Below, piece by piece: positions 4,319-6,242 of a stretch of DNA of 6,242 nucleotides (the first letter of the stretch is position 1; every line of letters starts with the position of its first letter). The stretch spans positions 887 to 7,128 of the forward strand of contig DJEW01000042.1 of NCBI GenBank assembly GCA_002431965.1. Direction: 5' to 3'. This DNA is from Clostridiales bacterium UBA5888 (lineage in GTDB: Bacteria; Bacillota; Clostridia; Oscillospirales; Oscillospiraceae). Position numbers and translations under genes: made by a program. The notes beneath the pieces are model-generated. The model worked only from the letters and a program-made list of their open reading frames with translations, did not search any database and was not told the origin of the DNA.

Positions 4319-5569
4319 ATGTATAAGCCTCTCGCAGACGAGATACGCCCGGACAGCCTTGACGAGGTCGTCGGGCAAAAGCACATATTGGGGCGCGACG
4401 GAATGCTCCGCCGCGTCATCGACAGCGGGCGCATACCGAACATGATATTCTACGGTCCGTCCGGCACGGGCAAGACTACCGTCGCGCGGATCATTGCCCA
4501 GCGGACAAACCGCACCCTGCGAAAGCTCAACGCCACGACTGCCGGCATTGCCGACATCAAGCACATAATCGACGAGCTTGACACATTCCTTGCGCCGGGC
4601 GGCGTGCTTTTATATCTTGACGAGATACAGTATTTCAACAAAAAACAGCAGCAGTCGCTGCTTGAGTTTATTGAGGACGGGCGCATCACGCTCATTGCCT
4701 CCACAACGGAGAACCCTTATTTCTGCGTGTTCAACGCCATTCTCAGCCGCTCCACGGTGTTTGAGTTCAAGCCGGTCCCCCCTGAAGAGGTGGAAAAGTC
4801 AGTTGCGCGCGCTATTGACATCATGAATGCGCGCCGCGATGCGCCGCTCACTGTCGAGCCGGGCGTGACGGCGCGGATCGCCGCCGCCTGCGGCGGCGAT
4901 GTGCGCAAGGCGATAAACGCGGTGGAGCTGCTGTTCTCCGCCGCAGCGGGCAAGGAGGCGCTCACGCTTGACGACGCGCGCGCCATCACCCAGCGCAGCT
5001 CCATGCGCTATGACCGCGAGGGGGACGAGCATTTTGACAGTCTTTCCGCGCTGATGAAATCCCTGCGCGGGTCCGACCCGGACGCAGCGATGCACTATCT
5101 CGCGCGGCTGATCGAGGCGGGCGACCTTGTGGGCATATGCCGGCGGCTTTTGTGCTCTGCAAGCGAGGACATCGGGCTTGCCTACCCCATGGCGGTGCCG
5201 ATAGTAAAGGCATGCGTAGACTCTGCTCTCCAGCTCGGTCTGCCGGAGGCGCGGCTGCCGCTGGCAGAGGCTGCGCTCGTGCTCGCCACCGCGCCCAAAT
5301 CCAACAGCGCCTACATGGCGATCGACGCCGCCCTGGCGGATGTGCGCGCAGGTCATGTCGGTTCTTTTCCGCGCGAATTGCAGAATGTCCATGCCGACGG
5401 CACGGGCTTCGAGCGCGGGCAGGGCTACAAATACCCGCACAACTATCCGGGGCATTGGGTGCGCCAGCAATACCTGCCGGACGATCTGAAAAACGCGCGC
5501 TACTACGAGTACGGTGACAACAAGACCGAGCAGGCGGCGCGCCGCTATTGGGAGGAGATAAAGAAATAA
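4319..5569 (+). CDS. rarA: Replication-associated recombination protein A (RarA/MgsA, AAA+ ATPase)
   Basis: The start is ATG 4319, with AGGAGG at 4306-4311 and a 7-nt spacer. The track start at 4235 overlaps the tcdA 3' end and has no SD. The N-terminus reads PLADEIRPDSLDEVVGQKHILG. Walker A GPSGTGKT lies at nt 4454-4477 and Walker B region LYLDEIQYFNKKQQQSLLEFIEDGRITLIASTTENPYF is present. The C-terminal MgsA helical domain includes YDREGDEHFDSLSALMKSLRGSDPDAAMHYLARL and YKYPHNYPGHWVRQQYLP. Confidence 0.9.
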   Translation: MYKPLADEIRPDSLDEVVGQKHILGRDGMLRRVIDSGRIPNMIFYGPSGTGKTTVARIIAQRTNRTLRKLNATTAGIADIKHIIDELDTFLAPGGVLLYLDEIQYFNKKQQQSLLEFIEDGRITLIASTTENPYFCVFNAILSRSTVFEFKPVPPEEVEKSVARAIDIMNARRDAPLTVEPGVTARIAAACGGDVRKAINAVELLFSAAAGKEALTLDDARAITQRSSMRYDREGDEHFDSLSALMKSLRGSDPDAAMHYLARLIEAGDLVGICRRLLCSASEDIGLAYPMAVPIVKACVDSALQLGLPEARLPLAEAALVLATAPKSNSAYMAIDAALADVRAGHVGSFPRELQNVHADGTGFERGQGYKYPHNYPGHWVRQQYLPDDLKNARYYEYGDNKTEQAARRYWEEIKK

Positions 5570-5745
5570 TGGACATTCAGGTCGGCGACATACTTGTGAT
5601 GAAAAAAGCCCACCCCTGCGGCAGCAGGGAGTGGGAGGTGCTGCGTACAGGGGCGGACTTCAAGCTGCGCTGCCGCGGCTGCGCTCATGAGGTCATGGGC
5701 GCAAGGTCAAAGTTTGAGCGCAGCATCCGCGAGGTACGGCGGTGA
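5569..5745 (+). CDS. DUF951 family small protein (B. subtilis YyzM-like), 58 aa
   Basis: MDIQVGDILVMKKAHPCGSREWEVLRTGADFKLRCRGCAHEVMGARSKFERSIREVRR matches the DUF951 pattern as I recall it (MKKxHPCG..W......D....C.GC.H.......FE). ATG 5569 overlaps the rarA TAA stop (TAATG). I prefer it over the TTG at 5548 used by the track. GGAGGAG lies at 5551-5557. Confidence 0.8.
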   Translation: MDIQVGDILVMKKAHPCGSREWEVLRTGADFKLRCRGCAHEVMGARSKFERSIREVRR

Positions 5746-6002
5746 ACTTTGTGTACATCCTCCGCTGCGCGGACGGCACACTCTACACCGGCTGGACAAA
5801 CGATCTTGACCGCCGGCTCGCCGCGCACAGCGCCGGGAGCGGCGCAAAGTACACCCGCGTGCGGCTGCCTGTGGAGCTTGTGTACACCGAGGCTCTGCCC
5901 ACACGCGAGGAGGCGATGAGCCGCGAATGGCACATAAAGCGCCTGCCGCGCGGGAAAAAGCTTGAGCTGATAAAAAATCAAGGCAGCGGCAGCCCTGCAT
6001 AA
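5742..6002 (+). CDS. GIY-YIG nuclease-domain protein, UPF0213 family (YhbQ/YazA-like), 86 aa
   Basis: The sequence NFVYILRCADGTLYTGWTNDLDRRLAAHSAGSGAKYTRVRLPVELVYTE....REEAMSREWHIKRL carries the GIY (VYIL) and YIG (LYTG) motifs. It also carries the conserved Arg (RRL), His and Glu of stand-alone GIY-YIG proteins. The GTG start at 5742 overlaps the DUF951 stop (GTGA). Confidence 0.85.
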   Translation: MNFVYILRCADGTLYTGWTNDLDRRLAAHSAGSGAKYTRVRLPVELVYTEALPTREEAMSREWHIKRLPRGKKLELIKNQGSGSPA

Positions 6003-6078
6003 AGCATGACGGGAAAAGTGACTATACCAGAGCGCAAATTTTCCGTCGGATGCCGCAGACGTATTGTGCGGCGCCGCC

Positions 6079-6242
6079 TTACTTCTTAATGCATTCAATT
6101 ATGGGCTCGATATATTTTTTATCGGTCCAGTCGCATTTATCATCCCCGGCTGCCATCAGAGCTTTTTCCCATATTTCATAATCGGACGGATCTTTCTTTG
6201 CAACCGCCTTTCTGAGCAGGCTGCATAATGTCCTGTCCTTAA
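6079..6242 (-). CDS. 3' end of an unidentified convergent gene (C-terminal 53 aa visible), continuing beyond the right edge
   Basis: The minus-strand frame is open from the window edge to TAA (6081..6079). It reads ..KDRTLCSLLRKAVAKKDPSDYEIWEKALMAAGDDKCDWTDKKYIEPIIECIKK*. It is not in the ORF track because it is short and truncated. GC is about 42% by hand count, against about 67% in the adjacent GIY-YIG gene. I recognise no family. Confidence 0.5.
   Translation of the reverse strand, partial: KDRTLCSLLRKAVAKKDPSDYEIWEKALMAAGDDKCDWTDKKYIEPIIECIKK

Noticed and set aside
3698-5576. Numerous alternate-frame and antisense ORFs over tcdA and rarA (for example 3963..4316 minus, 4012..4443 minus, 4082..4564 minus, 4799..5470 minus, 4986..5576 minus, 5137..5517 plus)
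   Set aside because: They are high-GC shadow ORFs with Arg/Ala/Pro-dominated products and no initiation signals. All lie within genes of confident identity.
5685-6098. Minus-strand ORFs 5685..6098 (137 aa) and 5707..6000 (97 aa)
   Set aside because: They are antisense to the well-supported DUF951 and GIY-YIG genes and have Ala/Arg-rich shadow composition. The real minus-strand gene at this end is in a different frame and stops at 6079.
1-6242. Mobile elements, CRISPR arrays, tRNA or rRNA genes, toxin-antitoxin or known defence modules
   Set aside because: I looked for terminal inverted repeats, regularly spaced direct repeats, cloverleaf-capable segments and transposase- or integrase-like translations on both strands. 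I found none. The only repeats are the hairpins and the single 11-bp tandem pair listed above.

Overview
This is a high-GC chromosomal segment, about 65-72% GC in the coding blocks I hand-counted. It has AGGAGG-type Shine-Dalgarno sites and a Firmicutes/Clostridia-like gene set; the taxonomy is inference. Content is mostly housekeeping.

Left edge, minus strand: the first few codons of an unidentified gene run off the window. Next comes rpsU (ribosomal protein S21, 59 aa). The ORF track misses rpsU because it is short, and the 124-aa plus-strand ORF at 50..424 is its antisense shadow. rpsU has a consensus sigma-A-type promoter and a clean intrinsic terminator.

Plus strand: a class-I peptide chain release factor lies at 607-1647 and a membrane-anchored parvulin/PpiC-type PPIase at 1972-3516. 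A tightly packed, translationally coupled run follows at 3594-6002: tcdA, rarA, a DUF951 protein and a GIY-YIG (UPF0213) protein. A markedly lower-GC convergent gene fragment occupies the right edge at 6079-6242.

I see no rRNA, tRNA, CRISPR array, transposase or recognisable defence genes.

The most unusual signal is the release factor, which looks mosaic. It has an RF1-type N-terminal, decoding (PET tripeptide) and GGQ region, but an RF2-type C-terminal domain (WGSQIRSYV...VKDHRT). The junction at about nt 1375 coincides with a drop in GC and a switch in Ile codon usage.

Secondary curiosities are an orphan 20-codon sORF with a perfect SD followed by a 12-bp GC hairpin, an 11-bp tandem repeat, the rarA-DUF951-GIY-YIG coupling, and the compositional break at the right edge.

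Apart from the release factor, this reads as ordinary core genome. I cannot point to a clear multi-gene novel system.
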